Shown here piece by piece: positions 11,175 to 19,641 of a DNA stretch of 64,000 nucleotides (the first letter of the stretch is position 1; each line of letters begins with the position of its first letter). The DNA lies in contig OY969696.1 of the NCBI GenBank assembly GCA_963702005.1, positions 3,872,001-3,936,000 of the forward strand, written 5' to 3'. The stretch is from Candidatus Aminicenantes bacterium. GTDB lineage: Bacteria > Acidobacteriota > Aminicenantia > Aminicenantales > JAFGBC01. A program made the position numbers and the translations under genes. Below the pieces are notes generated by a model that saw only the letters and a program-made list of their open reading frames with translations, did no database searches and was not told the origin of the DNA.

Positions 11175-11776
11175 GCCTGCCGTTCCTGCCGAAAGCGCTG
11201 ACCTGGGCTTTGATCCTGGCCAATGCTCTTTTCATCGCCCTCCTCATGATCCATAAGCCGAAAGAAGCGACCGCGAAGAGCCAGAGCTCCAGGGCGGTCC
11301 TGATCGGAGTCATCCTGCAGACTCTAAGCTATCCGGCGGCTTGGCTCGGCCGCCGCCCCGCCATCAATCCCTTCCGGGGAAAAGGCGGAGCGTGGGAAGG
11401 GGGTTGGGTTGAAATCCTAATCGCCCTCCTCAGCATCCTCGTCGCTTACGCATCCGTCCTGTTCTTCGTCTCCGTCAAGAAATACCTCGGCAAGCATTGG
11501 GCGCTGGGCGCGCGCGTCGTGGAGGGCCACGAGCTGGTGACGGACGGCCCCTACGGCCGGGTGCGGCACCCGCTCTATCTCGCGATGTTCGGGCTCCTCG
11601 CCGGAGCCATCGTCGGGGTCAGCTCGCTCGTGGGAGCGATCGTCGCGCTGGCCGCCTTCATCCCCGGCACCGTCCTGCGCGCCCGGGCCGAAGACAAGCT
11701 GCTCGCGGCGACGTTCGGAGCGAAGTTCGAAGAATACCGGTCGCGCGTTCCCGCGTTCATCCCGAAACCACGGTGA
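11171..11776 (+). CDS. Isoprenylcysteine carboxylmethyltransferase-family membrane protein
   Basis: Hydrophobic helices; HELVTDGPYGRVRHPLY and ED..L...FG..F.EYR..VP.FIP; ATGA overlap with upstream gene. Confidence 0.85.
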   Translation: MSLPFLPKALTWALILANALFIALLMIHKPKEATAKSQSSRAVLIGVILQTLSYPAAWLGRRPAINPFRGKGGAWEGGWVEILIALLSILVAYASVLFFVSVKKYLGKHWALGARVVEGHELVTDGPYGRVRHPLYLAMFGLLAGAIVGVSSLVGAIVALAAFIPGTVLRARAEDKLLAATFGAKFEEYRSRVPAFIPKPR

Positions 11777-11840
11777 CTCGGCATTGCATCTATAGCATTG
11801 ATATTATTGTAATTATACAGCGTTTACGGGCAACCGCCCA

Positions 11841-11869
11841 TTGACATTCCCCTCGATTCGAGCCACAAT
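11841..11869 (+). promoter_or_regulatory. Sigma70-like promoter
   Basis: TTGACA-17 bp-CACAAT upstream of RBS AGGAGG and ATG 11892. Confidence 0.5.
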
Positions 11870-11891
11870 GAAGATGGGGAAGGAGGACATC

Positions 11892-13511
11892 ATGACCAAG
11901 CTGCCTCTCGTTTTATTTATCGTAATCTCCATTGGACTCGGGCCGGGTTTCCTCGCCGCTCAAGCGCGGGACGAGGTCAAAGTGGCCTTCGAAAAGTCCG
12001 ACCGTCCCGGCCGCGCGGCCCATCTTATCAAGCCGCGCCCAACCGTTCCTGACGGAGCCGCGGCGACCTTTCGCCAGGTCCGGGTCAACATCTCCGACAT
12101 CATAACCGACATGCGCGCCGTCGACCTCGACAAGGACGGCATCATGGACCTGGTCATCCTCGATAAGCAGAACAAGCGCCTCAAGGTCTATCTCGGGGAT
12201 ACGGGCCTCGCCTTCACCAAGAGCTACAAATACGGCTTTGCCAAGGCCGGGGGCCGGTTCGTGGCCGTGGCCGACTTCGACAAGAGCGGCAAGCCCGACC
12301 TGGCCGTCGAGAATATCACGTCCACGAAACCCGTTTCGATATTCTTCGGGAAGGGAAACGGCCAGCTCGTCCCCTCGCCGCTGAACCTGACGGCAAAGGT
12401 CTCGGGCTACGGCGGGCTCAGCTTCGGCGCGGCCGCCGACCTCGACGGCAACGGCCTTCCGGACATCCTCGCTCAAGGCGTCAACTACGATCTCCATGCC
12501 TTCCTGAATCAGGGGAAAAAGAAGTTCAAGGCCGCGAACTTCAAGCCCGGCTTCGGCCGCGGGTTCGCCGCCGGAGACTTCAACGGCGACAAGAAAGACG
12601 ACGCTTTCTTGTACAACTGGGCGGATCATAAGGTCTATTTCTTCAAGGGGCTTGGCGACGGAACCTTTCTCAAGATGAACGGCTACAAGGCCGAGGATTC
12701 CTTCGCCAGCTGCGACCTTTACGCCGCCGACTTCAACAAGGACCACAAGCTAGACTTGCTTGGACAGGGTAAGGGCTTCTCCGACACCGGAAACAACTGG
12801 GTTTACATGGGCCGGGGGAACGGCCAGCTGGGAAACAGGAAACTCCTGCCCGGCAAAGGGGCCTTGAAGTACGGCGTCGCCGTCGCCGACCTCAACGGCG
12901 ACAAGATCCTCGACCTGGCCTCGGCCGAGGACGACGGCGTCTGGTTCTACGAGGGCAAAGGGACGGGCTCGTTCAACACGGCCGCTATCCTGGGCGAGGG
13001 GCTGGACTTCGGTTTCGGGGACTACGGCGCTCAGACCTTGGGTTGGGGCGATTTCAATAAGGACGGGAAACCGGACCTGGTCGGCGGCAACCCCCAGGGC
13101 CTGTTCTACAACCTCATTGTCTTCGTGAACGGCCTCACGCCGGCCACCCTCCAGATCTCCGACCTGGCCGTGACGACGCTCGTCCACACCACGAACCAGA
13201 TCAACTTCGCCGCGAGCTTCGGCTACGCGGGGTCGAACTGCGTGTTCAAGTACCTCGCCGGCGAAAGCGATCCCCGCAAGAGCGCCTTCCTCGTGTTCAA
13301 AGTCCAGATCGACTTGGGTTTCACCGACATCTACGTCACCTATTTCGTGACGGGCTCCTTCCTGAGCGGGATCAACCCCGACGGGGGGACGATCACCCTC
13401 AACTTGACGCTCCCCTCGCCGGTCACGGTCATCAGCGGTACGCCGCCCGACGTCAGCCTGCTCGAATTCTATCTCCGCGATTTCAACCTGGTTAAAAGCA
13501 ACGAGCTCTGA
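11892..13511 (+). CDS. Secreted FG-GAP/VCBS repeat protein with C-terminal beta-rich domain
   Basis: Signal peptide; seven DxN/DxDGxxD repeats (e.g. DLDKDGIMD, DLDGNGLPD, DFNKDGKPD); RBS AGGAGG. Confidence 0.85.
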   Translation: MTKLPLVLFIVISIGLGPGFLAAQARDEVKVAFEKSDRPGRAAHLIKPRPTVPDGAAATFRQVRVNISDIITDMRAVDLDKDGIMDLVILDKQNKRLKVYLGDTGLAFTKSYKYGFAKAGGRFVAVADFDKSGKPDLAVENITSTKPVSIFFGKGNGQLVPSPLNLTAKVSGYGGLSFGAAADLDGNGLPDILAQGVNYDLHAFLNQGKKKFKAANFKPGFGRGFAAGDFNGDKKDDAFLYNWADHKVYFFKGLGDGTFLKMNGYKAEDSFASCDLYAADFNKDHKLDLLGQGKGFSDTGNNWVYMGRGNGQLGNRKLLPGKGALKYGVAVADLNGDKILDLASAEDDGVWFYEGKGTGSFNTAAILGEGLDFGFGDYGAQTLGWGDFNKDGKPDLVGGNPQGLFYNLIVFVNGLTPATLQISDLAVTTLVHTTNQINFAASFGYAGSNCVFKYLAGESDPRKSAFLVFKVQIDLGFTDIYVTYFVTGSFLSGINPDGGTITLNLTLPSPVTVISGTPPDVSLLEFYLRDFNLVKSNEL

Positions 13512-13520
13512 GACGGCCGC

Positions 13521-13549
13521 TTGTCAAGAAAGCGCGCTAAAGCTATAAT
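13521..13549 (+). promoter_or_regulatory. Near-consensus sigma70 promoter
   Basis: TTGTCA-17 bp-TATAAT. Confidence 0.65.
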
Positions 13550-13577
13550 CGGACTTCAGAATTCAAAGGCGAAAGAT

Positions 13578-14696
13578 ACGACCATTCGCATAAAACCGCT
13601 TGCTATCGGAAACCGGATCGCCAGCGTCCCTATCATCCAGGGCGGGATGGGAGTCGGCATCTCGATGGCCGGGTTGGCCTCGGCCGTCGCCGACCAGGGC
13701 GGCATCGGCGTCATCGCCACTGCCGGCATCGGCATGCTCGAGCCGGACGGCTTCTCCAACTTCCTGGAGGCCAACGTCCGGGCCTTGAGGAACGAAATCC
13801 GCAAAGCCAAACGGAAGACCCGGGGCGTCCTGGGCGTCAACATCATGGTCGCCCTGTCCAACTTCGCCGACATGGTCCGGACCGCCGTCGAGGAAAAGAT
13901 CGACGTCATCTTCTCGGGCGCCGGCCTGCCCCTCAACCTTCCGGCCCTCGTCCAGAAGTCGGGGACGACCAAGCTGGTCCCCATCGTTTCCTCGGCCCGG
14001 GCGGCCGGCCTCATCATCCGGAAATGGCTGGCCAAGCACGATTATTGCCCCGACGCCGTCGTCGTCGAAGGCCCCCTGGCCGGAGGCCACCTGGGGTTCA
14101 AGCCGGATCAGATCGAAAACCCGAATTATGCCCTGGAAAAACTGATCCCCGAGGTCGTCGCCGAGGTCCGTCCCTTCGAGGACGAGCTCGGCCGGGCCAT
14201 TCCGGTCATCGCCGCGGGCGGGATCTACACGGGAAGCGACATTCACAAATTCATCGAGATGGGGGCGGCCGGCGTCCAGATGGCCACCCGCTTCGTCGGC
14301 ACGGACGAATGCGACGCGTCCCCCGAATTCAAGAACGCCTTCGTCGAAGCCGGGAAGGACGACCTGGTCATCATCGACAGCCCGGTCGGGATGCCGGGCC
14401 GGGCCATCAAGAACCAGTTCATCGACGACGTTCGGGCGGGCAAGAAGAAACCGTTCAAATGCCCCTTTCACTGCATCATCACCTGTAGGCAAAAAGCCAG
14501 CCCCTACTGCATCGCCCTGGCGCTCATCAGCGCCCTCAAGGGCCGGCTTAAACACGGCTTTGCTTTCGCCGGAGCCAACGCCTATCGTGTGAACAAGATC
14601 ATGTCCGTAAAGGCGCTCGTCGCCGAGCTCCTGGAGGAATACGGGGAGGCCGCCGCGGACGCGGAAACGGGGGGCGGCTTAAAAATTACGTATTGA
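13578..14696 (+). CDS. Nitronate monooxygenase / FabK-like FMN-dependent oxidoreductase; start codon uncertain
   Basis: PIIQGGMGVGIS, EGPLAGGHLG, IAAGGI, GVQMATRF and C-terminal CxxxCxxxC...YCI cluster. Confidence 0.85.
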   Translation, partial: TTIRIKPLAIGNRIASVPIIQGGMGVGISMAGLASAVADQGGIGVIATAGIGMLEPDGFSNFLEANVRALRNEIRKAKRKTRGVLGVNIMVALSNFADMVRTAVEEKIDVIFSGAGLPLNLPALVQKSGTTKLVPIVSSARAAGLIIRKWLAKHDYCPDAVVVEGPLAGGHLGFKPDQIENPNYALEKLIPEVVAEVRPFEDELGRAIPVIAAGGIYTGSDIHKFIEMGAAGVQMATRFVGTDECDASPEFKNAFVEAGKDDLVIIDSPVGMPGRAIKNQFIDDVRAGKKKPFKCPFHCIITCRQKASPYCIALALISALKGRLKHGFAFAGANAYRVNKIMSVKALVAELLEEYGEAAADAETGGGLKITY

Positions 14697-14702
14697 TAAT
14701 AA

Positions 14703-14891
14703 TCAAGAGAGAGTATTTTTAATCTTTTCTCTCATCCACAGCGTCGCGAAGACGAACCAGCCGACCGAGGCCAGGTTGAAGGCCAGCTTGTAACCGCCCT
14801 CGCTCATCTTCCCCACGAAATAAAGAACCGGAACGGCCAGACAAACCCCGAAGCTCACGATCGCCCCGAACCCGGACAGCCGCTTGATCAT
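14703..14891 (-). CDS. Small (62 aa) two-helix membrane protein
   Basis: MIKRLSGFGAIVSFGVCLAVPVLYF...; RBS AAGGAGGAG; ATGA overlap with the transporter stop. Confidence 0.65.
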   Translation of the reverse strand: MIKRLSGFGAIVSFGVCLAVPVLYFVGKMSEGGYKLAFNLASVGWFVFATLWMREKIKNTLS

Positions 14892-16252
14892 GCTCTCCTC
14901 CTTGAAGCCATCAGGGCCGTGTAGGAAACCAGGGCGATCCCGTACCCGGGGAGCCAGCGGAAAAAGAGATGGATCGGCATCACGAAGCAAACGACCAGGG
15001 TTCCGATCCAGACGATGAGCGCCGTCCAATTGAACGCCCAGCCCCGCTTCTCCGCCCGGTACTGCTCGATCTTGAGGAGCGGGAAGAGCCAATGCTCGGC
15101 GAAGACGATGGCGCCGATCGGCATTAAGATGAGCCCGTAGATCGCCACGTAATCCAGGAGTTTCAGGAAGAAGATCGGGAAGCAGGCCAGGATCGTGGTC
15201 GCAGTCCCCGCGCCCAGCGTGATCTTCCAACGCGGCCAGTTCGGCGTCACGGTTTGAAGGGCGAGGCCGGCCCGGTACAACGTCGGGTTGGCGGTCGTCC
15301 AGCCGGCCAGGAGCACGCCCGCGACCCCGGCCCAGCTCGCCGCCTCGAACGCCATCATTCCGGGATGCATCTCGCGGCCGATCGCGGCCACCATGATCCC
15401 CGACGAGATCCAGGCCAGCATGTGCCCCGGATACATTCCGAACGCCGTGTACAGACCGTAGGTCCAGCGCTTGGCGTATCTGAACAGGGCCAGGTCGGAA
15501 AGCCCGACATGCATGGCCAGGTTGCAGAACCAGGCGAAGAACAGGATGTGCCAGAAACCGAATTTGTCCTGGCCCACGACCGCCACCCCGTTCCAGATCT
15601 TGGTCGTGGCTACTTCCCAGAGGTTAGCAAGGTTGGTCTGGACGCCCAGCCTGGGAAGCATGGCGATCGCTCCCGCGATAAACACCAGGAAGATCCAGGG
15701 CGAGCAGACTTGGGCGAACCGGCTGAGCTTCTCGAACCCGAGGATGGCCATGGTCGTAAAGGCCGCCCCCAACGCGAAAATCAGGAGGACCCAGCCCACG
15801 CTGTTGGGGAGGACGGCGCCCAGTCGGGGGACTTCGATCCCGAACACGAGCCCCAGCGCCGTGGCCGAGACCGAGATCATCGCCCCGGCCAGGATGCAAT
15901 AGAGGAAGGCGTTGGCGATGTTGTAGATGATGGTGACCCCGGGCCCGGCGATCCGCCTCAGGTACCAGTAGAGGGTCAGCCGCGTCCGGACCCCGATCGG
16001 CGCGCAGAGGAACGTCCAGGACAGGACGGCCAGCAGGTTGCCGACCAGGAGGCCGAGCAGGAGGTCGCGGGCCGTGACGCCGTGAAGGACGAAGAAGGCC
16101 CCGATGACGAACTCGGTGGCCGCGACGTGCTCACCGGCGAACAGCCCGGCGAATTTCCCGCCGCTCTGGAGCTTGTCGGCCGCGACGGGTTCCCGGTCGA
16201 ACTCATAAAGCCGGTCCATGCGGGCCGCGATGTCAGCGAATCGTAGCGCCAT
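14888..16252 (-). CDS. NCS1 / CodB-like permease
   Basis: About 12 hydrophobic segments; AGEHVAATEFVIG and GWTTANPTLYRAG. Confidence 0.75.
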   Translation of the reverse strand: MALRFADIAARMDRLYEFDREPVAADKLQSGGKFAGLFAGEHVAATEFVIGAFFVLHGVTARDLLLGLLVGNLLAVLSWTFLCAPIGVRTRLTLYWYLRRIAGPGVTIIYNIANAFLYCILAGAMISVSATALGLVFGIEVPRLGAVLPNSVGWVLLIFALGAAFTTMAILGFEKLSRFAQVCSPWIFLVFIAGAIAMLPRLGVQTNLANLWEVATTKIWNGVAVVGQDKFGFWHILFFAWFCNLAMHVGLSDLALFRYAKRWTYGLYTAFGMYPGHMLAWISSGIMVAAIGREMHPGMMAFEAASWAGVAGVLLAGWTTANPTLYRAGLALQTVTPNWPRWKITLGAGTATTILACFPIFFLKLLDYVAIYGLILMPIGAIVFAEHWLFPLLKIEQYRAEKRGWAFNWTALIVWIGTLVVCFVMPIHLFFRWLPGYGIALVSYTALMASRRRA

Positions 16253-16436
16253 CCCTCCTCCTTTCCGGCCCGAACGGCGGGCCGTGGCAGAGCGCGGCCC
16301 TATTAAATCACACCGCTCGGGTCCTGAACAAGAAAAGATATTTTTTGGGAAGGACTATTTAATCAGGATGATCTCGGTCTGGCGGCCGTCGAGCCAGGAG
16401 ACCCCGCGCCGGAAGGGCGCGGACTGATACCTGGTC

Positions 16437-16465
16437 AAAAGCGACAAAGTGCAGGTTTGATCCCG
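16437..16465. repeat. Half copy of REP-like family A
   Basis: aaaagcgacaaagtgcaggtttgatcccg matches the right arm of the copies at 19562, 24076 and 40652. Confidence 0.65.
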
Positions 16466-16467
16466 GT

Positions 16468-18231
16468 CTATCGGCCGAGCGGCCGGATCTGCTTCGTAAA
16501 CAAAACGCGCAGCCGATTCGGGTTCATAACATCGGGAGACAGCCAGTCCGCGGCGATCGGGCGGAACGAGGTCACGACCGCGCCCTTTCCATCGGACGCC
16601 TGCGGCCTGCCGTCCGGCGATAGGTCAAGGCTCCCGTCCGAAGCGACCAGGATGTTGCTGAAGGCGTCCACATCTGCATACGCGCTCGAAATTGCCAGGC
16701 AGAGGGGGCCGTCGAAGACGGCCGCCGCGGCCGCTCCCGAGTCGGGCCAGGAGACAAGCCTCAGCGAGCCCGCGAAGGCGATCTCGACGCGGTCGCCTGA
16801 CCGCCATTTACGGTCGAGCACGATCCGCCCGTCCCCGGTCCGGGCCGCGCCGACCGCGTCCCGGCCGTTGAGTTTCAGGGCCGTCCCCCGCGCCCAGTCG
16901 GGAACGCGGAGCCGGAGGGCCGATTCAAGGGGCTTGTCGCAGTGGACGGTCAGGAGCGCCCTGCTCATACGCGGGAAATCGCTTTCGATCTCGATGCGGG
17001 CGCCGAGCTCGGGAAGGTCGACCGCCGCGCTCGGGTAGAGGTTGACCTCCAGGGCGCCCTCGGACCGGGTCACGATATACCGGCCGAGCTGGCCGAGAGC
17101 CCACTCCCCCCACATCGAACAGCAGCCCGGGTTCTCGCTCCCAAACTTTCCGGCCCAGCCCTGCCACTGCTTCCCGCCGATGACGTCGGCCGCGTACCGC
17201 CGGTGGCCGAAGCCGCCGGTGTGAAACTGGTTCATGAACAAGTGGTTGACCAGGGTGTGCTCGGCGTCGTCGAGGTAGGCGTCGCGGCCGGTCGCCTGGA
17301 ACATCATGAGGTTGACCACGACGAAGTCCGCGAGGGCGCAGCCCTCGTCCTGCTCGGAGCGGGGCATGCTTTCGGGGAGGCCGCCGCTCACGATCCGGTT
17401 CTCCCGGCACCACTCGAGATAATCCTCGACGCGGTCGAGAAGCGAGCGATCGCCCGTCGCCCGGGCAAGGTCGATGACGCCTCTGTACATCGAGAGCGAA
17501 TGGTGGGTATGGCCGGTCCTCCCGGCGCGGACCGCCGCTTTCTTCGCCAGGTCAAGCGCCCAGCGGTCGCCGCCGAGCTCGTAAAGCCGGACGAGTCCGT
17601 CGAGGCAATGCCCGTAGAATTCGTGCAGCATTCCCTTTCCGTTGTCTTTCCAGGTGTCGAAGGCGGCTTCGAAGTAGCGGGCCAGCTTTCGGGCGGCATC
17701 GAGATACCTGGGATCGCCCGAATCCTCGTAGGCATCCATGAGCCCGCGCAGGGCGAATGCGTTCCCCGAGATGATCCTCGCGTCCTTGTTGTCGTACGGC
17801 GTTTCCAGGCCGAAGTTCCCGAGCCGGGTCTGGCAGGGAAGAATCGCGTCAGCGACCGAAGCGCGGAGCGATTTGGCCGGCGTCCAGCCGTAGCCCTCGG
17901 CCACATGCATGACGGAAAACATTCGGCCGAGTTGGTCGCCCGGCCAGTCGTACCAAAGAGCGGCCCCCGGCGTCGCGGAGGCGTTTGATTTGTAGGAATC
18001 GATCGAATAACGGTCCTGGCGGGAGAGCAGGTTGGCGGTGGCCGTGGCGAAGCGGGCGCCAAGCTCCCCTTTGAGCGTGACCCGGCCGAACGATGCCGGC
18101 GTGCGTGGGGAGGCCTCGGCCGGCGGAAGCCGCGATTCGCGCGGTTTCGAGCAGGCCGGCGCGAGGAGCGCCGCCGCCAGGATGACCGACGCCGTCCGGG
18201 TCAAGCGACCCCTAGGAATGCGGCGACACAT
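16468..18231 (-). CDS. GH127-like (beta-L-arabinofuranosidase family) lipoprotein
   Basis: Lipobox-like APAC; DEGC and GCC Cys/Glu motifs; VNLY and LRLRVPDWA; C-terminal GP.CLA. Confidence 0.72.
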   Translation of the reverse strand: MCRRIPRGRLTRTASVILAAALLAPACSKPRESRLPPAEASPRTPASFGRVTLKGELGARFATATANLLSRQDRYSIDSYKSNASATPGAALWYDWPGDQLGRMFSVMHVAEGYGWTPAKSLRASVADAILPCQTRLGNFGLETPYDNKDARIISGNAFALRGLMDAYEDSGDPRYLDAARKLARYFEAAFDTWKDNGKGMLHEFYGHCLDGLVRLYELGGDRWALDLAKKAAVRAGRTGHTHHSLSMYRGVIDLARATGDRSLLDRVEDYLEWCRENRIVSGGLPESMPRSEQDEGCALADFVVVNLMMFQATGRDAYLDDAEHTLVNHLFMNQFHTGGFGHRRYAADVIGGKQWQGWAGKFGSENPGCCSMWGEWALGQLGRYIVTRSEGALEVNLYPSAAVDLPELGARIEIESDFPRMSRALLTVHCDKPLESALRLRVPDWARGTALKLNGRDAVGAARTGDGRIVLDRKWRSGDRVEIAFAGSLRLVSWPDSGAAAAAVFDGPLCLAISSAYADVDAFSNILVASDGSLDLSPDGRPQASDGKGAVVTSFRPIAADWLSPDVMNPNRLRVLFTKQIRPLGR

Positions 18232-18241
18232 GGCTCGTTCG

Positions 18242-19495
18242 CTAATTCCCGGGATTGCCGGGACGGATCCTGACCAGGACGACGCCGTGGGCGGGAACGA
18301 CCGCCTGGAAGCGCTGGTCGAAATGCATTCCCAGGTCCGAGTGAACGCCCAGGTCCTTGTGGGCCCACAGGTCGCGCACCCGGGCCGGTCCGGGCGGAAT
18401 CCCGATCTGCGACCAGCGCACGTAGAGTTCGAGTTCCTTCGGCGTCAAGTTCAGGAAAGCCACGGCGCGCGAGCCGTCGCTGAGAGGCTTCATCCAGACC
18501 TGGCCGCCGTAACCGCGGTCGATGACGATGCGTCCCTGGACGCCGAGCGGGTCCTGGTCGACCTCGATGACCTCGCGGTTGAGGAGGATCTCCCTGGTTT
18601 CATCGGTCATGTTGCGGAGGTCGTTGCCGGCCATGAGCGGGGCGGCCATGACCGCCCACAGCGAGAAATGGGCCCTGTATTCGTCGCGGGTCATGCCGCC
18701 GTTCCCGACCTCGAGCATGTCGGGGTCGTTCCAATGGCCGGGGCCGGCCGCTTCATAGAGGCGCGAATTGGCGTTGCTGATCCAAGCCACGCTCTCCCAG
18801 CTGTCCCCGATATCGGCGGTGGTCCGCCAGAGCTGGCCGACGCCGGGCGCCCAGGTCCAGGGATCGTTCCGCCCCCACTCGCAGATGCTGAGGACGATGG
18901 GCCGTCCGGCCCGACGCAGGGCGTCCCGAAACTTGGTATACGCGACGCGCGGATCGAGGTCATCGGCGTTACACCAGTCGACCTTGATGTAGTCCGCGCC
19001 CCACTCCGCGTAGGTCGCGGCATCCCTATCCTCGAATCCGAACGAGGCGGGGCGGCCGGCGCAGGTTTTGGGCCCGACGTCCGTATAGAGGCCGAAGAGG
19101 AGGCCCTTGCCATGGACATAATCGGCCAAGGCCTTCATTCCGCCGGGGAAGCGCTGGGGGTCGGCGACGATGCGGCCGTCCGCGCCCCGCGCGACCTGCC
19201 AGCAGTCGTCGATGACAAGATACTTGTAGCCGGCTCCGAGCATGCCGGTCGCGACCATGGCGTCGGCCGTCTCGCGGATGAGCTTCTCGTCGACGTTGCA
19301 GCCGAACTTGTTCCAGGTGTTGAAGCCCATGGGCGGGGTCGGGGCGAGCGAAACATCGATAGTCGGCTCGGCGGATGCGCCGGGTTCGACGGGCGCGGGC
19401 GCTTGCGGCTTGGAGCCGCAGCCGGTCATCACGACGGACATGAGCGCCGCCGCGAGCATTCCTGAGGCCGTCCGAATGGTCTTCGGGATTTTCAT
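18242..19495 (-). CDS. Alpha-galactosidase (GH27), lipoprotein
   Basis: LAPTPPMGFNTWN, IDDCW, DYIKVDWC, SICEWG, WRTTADI, WNDPDMLEVG; MTGC lipobox-like. Confidence 0.93.
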   Translation of the reverse strand: MKIPKTIRTASGMLAAALMSVVMTGCGSKPQAPAPVEPGASAEPTIDVSLAPTPPMGFNTWNKFGCNVDEKLIRETADAMVATGMLGAGYKYLVIDDCWQVARGADGRIVADPQRFPGGMKALADYVHGKGLLFGLYTDVGPKTCAGRPASFGFEDRDAATYAEWGADYIKVDWCNADDLDPRVAYTKFRDALRRAGRPIVLSICEWGRNDPWTWAPGVGQLWRTTADIGDSWESVAWISNANSRLYEAAGPGHWNDPDMLEVGNGGMTRDEYRAHFSLWAVMAAPLMAGNDLRNMTDETREILLNREVIEVDQDPLGVQGRIVIDRGYGGQVWMKPLSDGSRAVAFLNLTPKELELYVRWSQIGIPPGPARVRDLWAHKDLGVHSDLGMHFDQRFQAVVPAHGVVLVRIRPGNPGN

Positions 19496-19561
19496 GGGCT
19501 CCTCCATTTCATCTCGATCTCGGCTCAATATACGACCTCCCCAGCGGCGATGTCAAACGAC

Positions 19562-19618
19562 GTCGGGGTCAAACCTACACTTTGTCAATTCGTGCCAAAG
19601 TGTAGGTTTGACCCCGAC
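19562..19618. repeat. REP-like family A hairpin (23-bp perfect stem)
   Basis: gtcggggtcaaacctacactttg / caaagtgtaggtttgaccccgac. Confidence 0.88.
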
Positions 19619-19641
19619 TTGCGCTATAATTCCCGGAAGGA

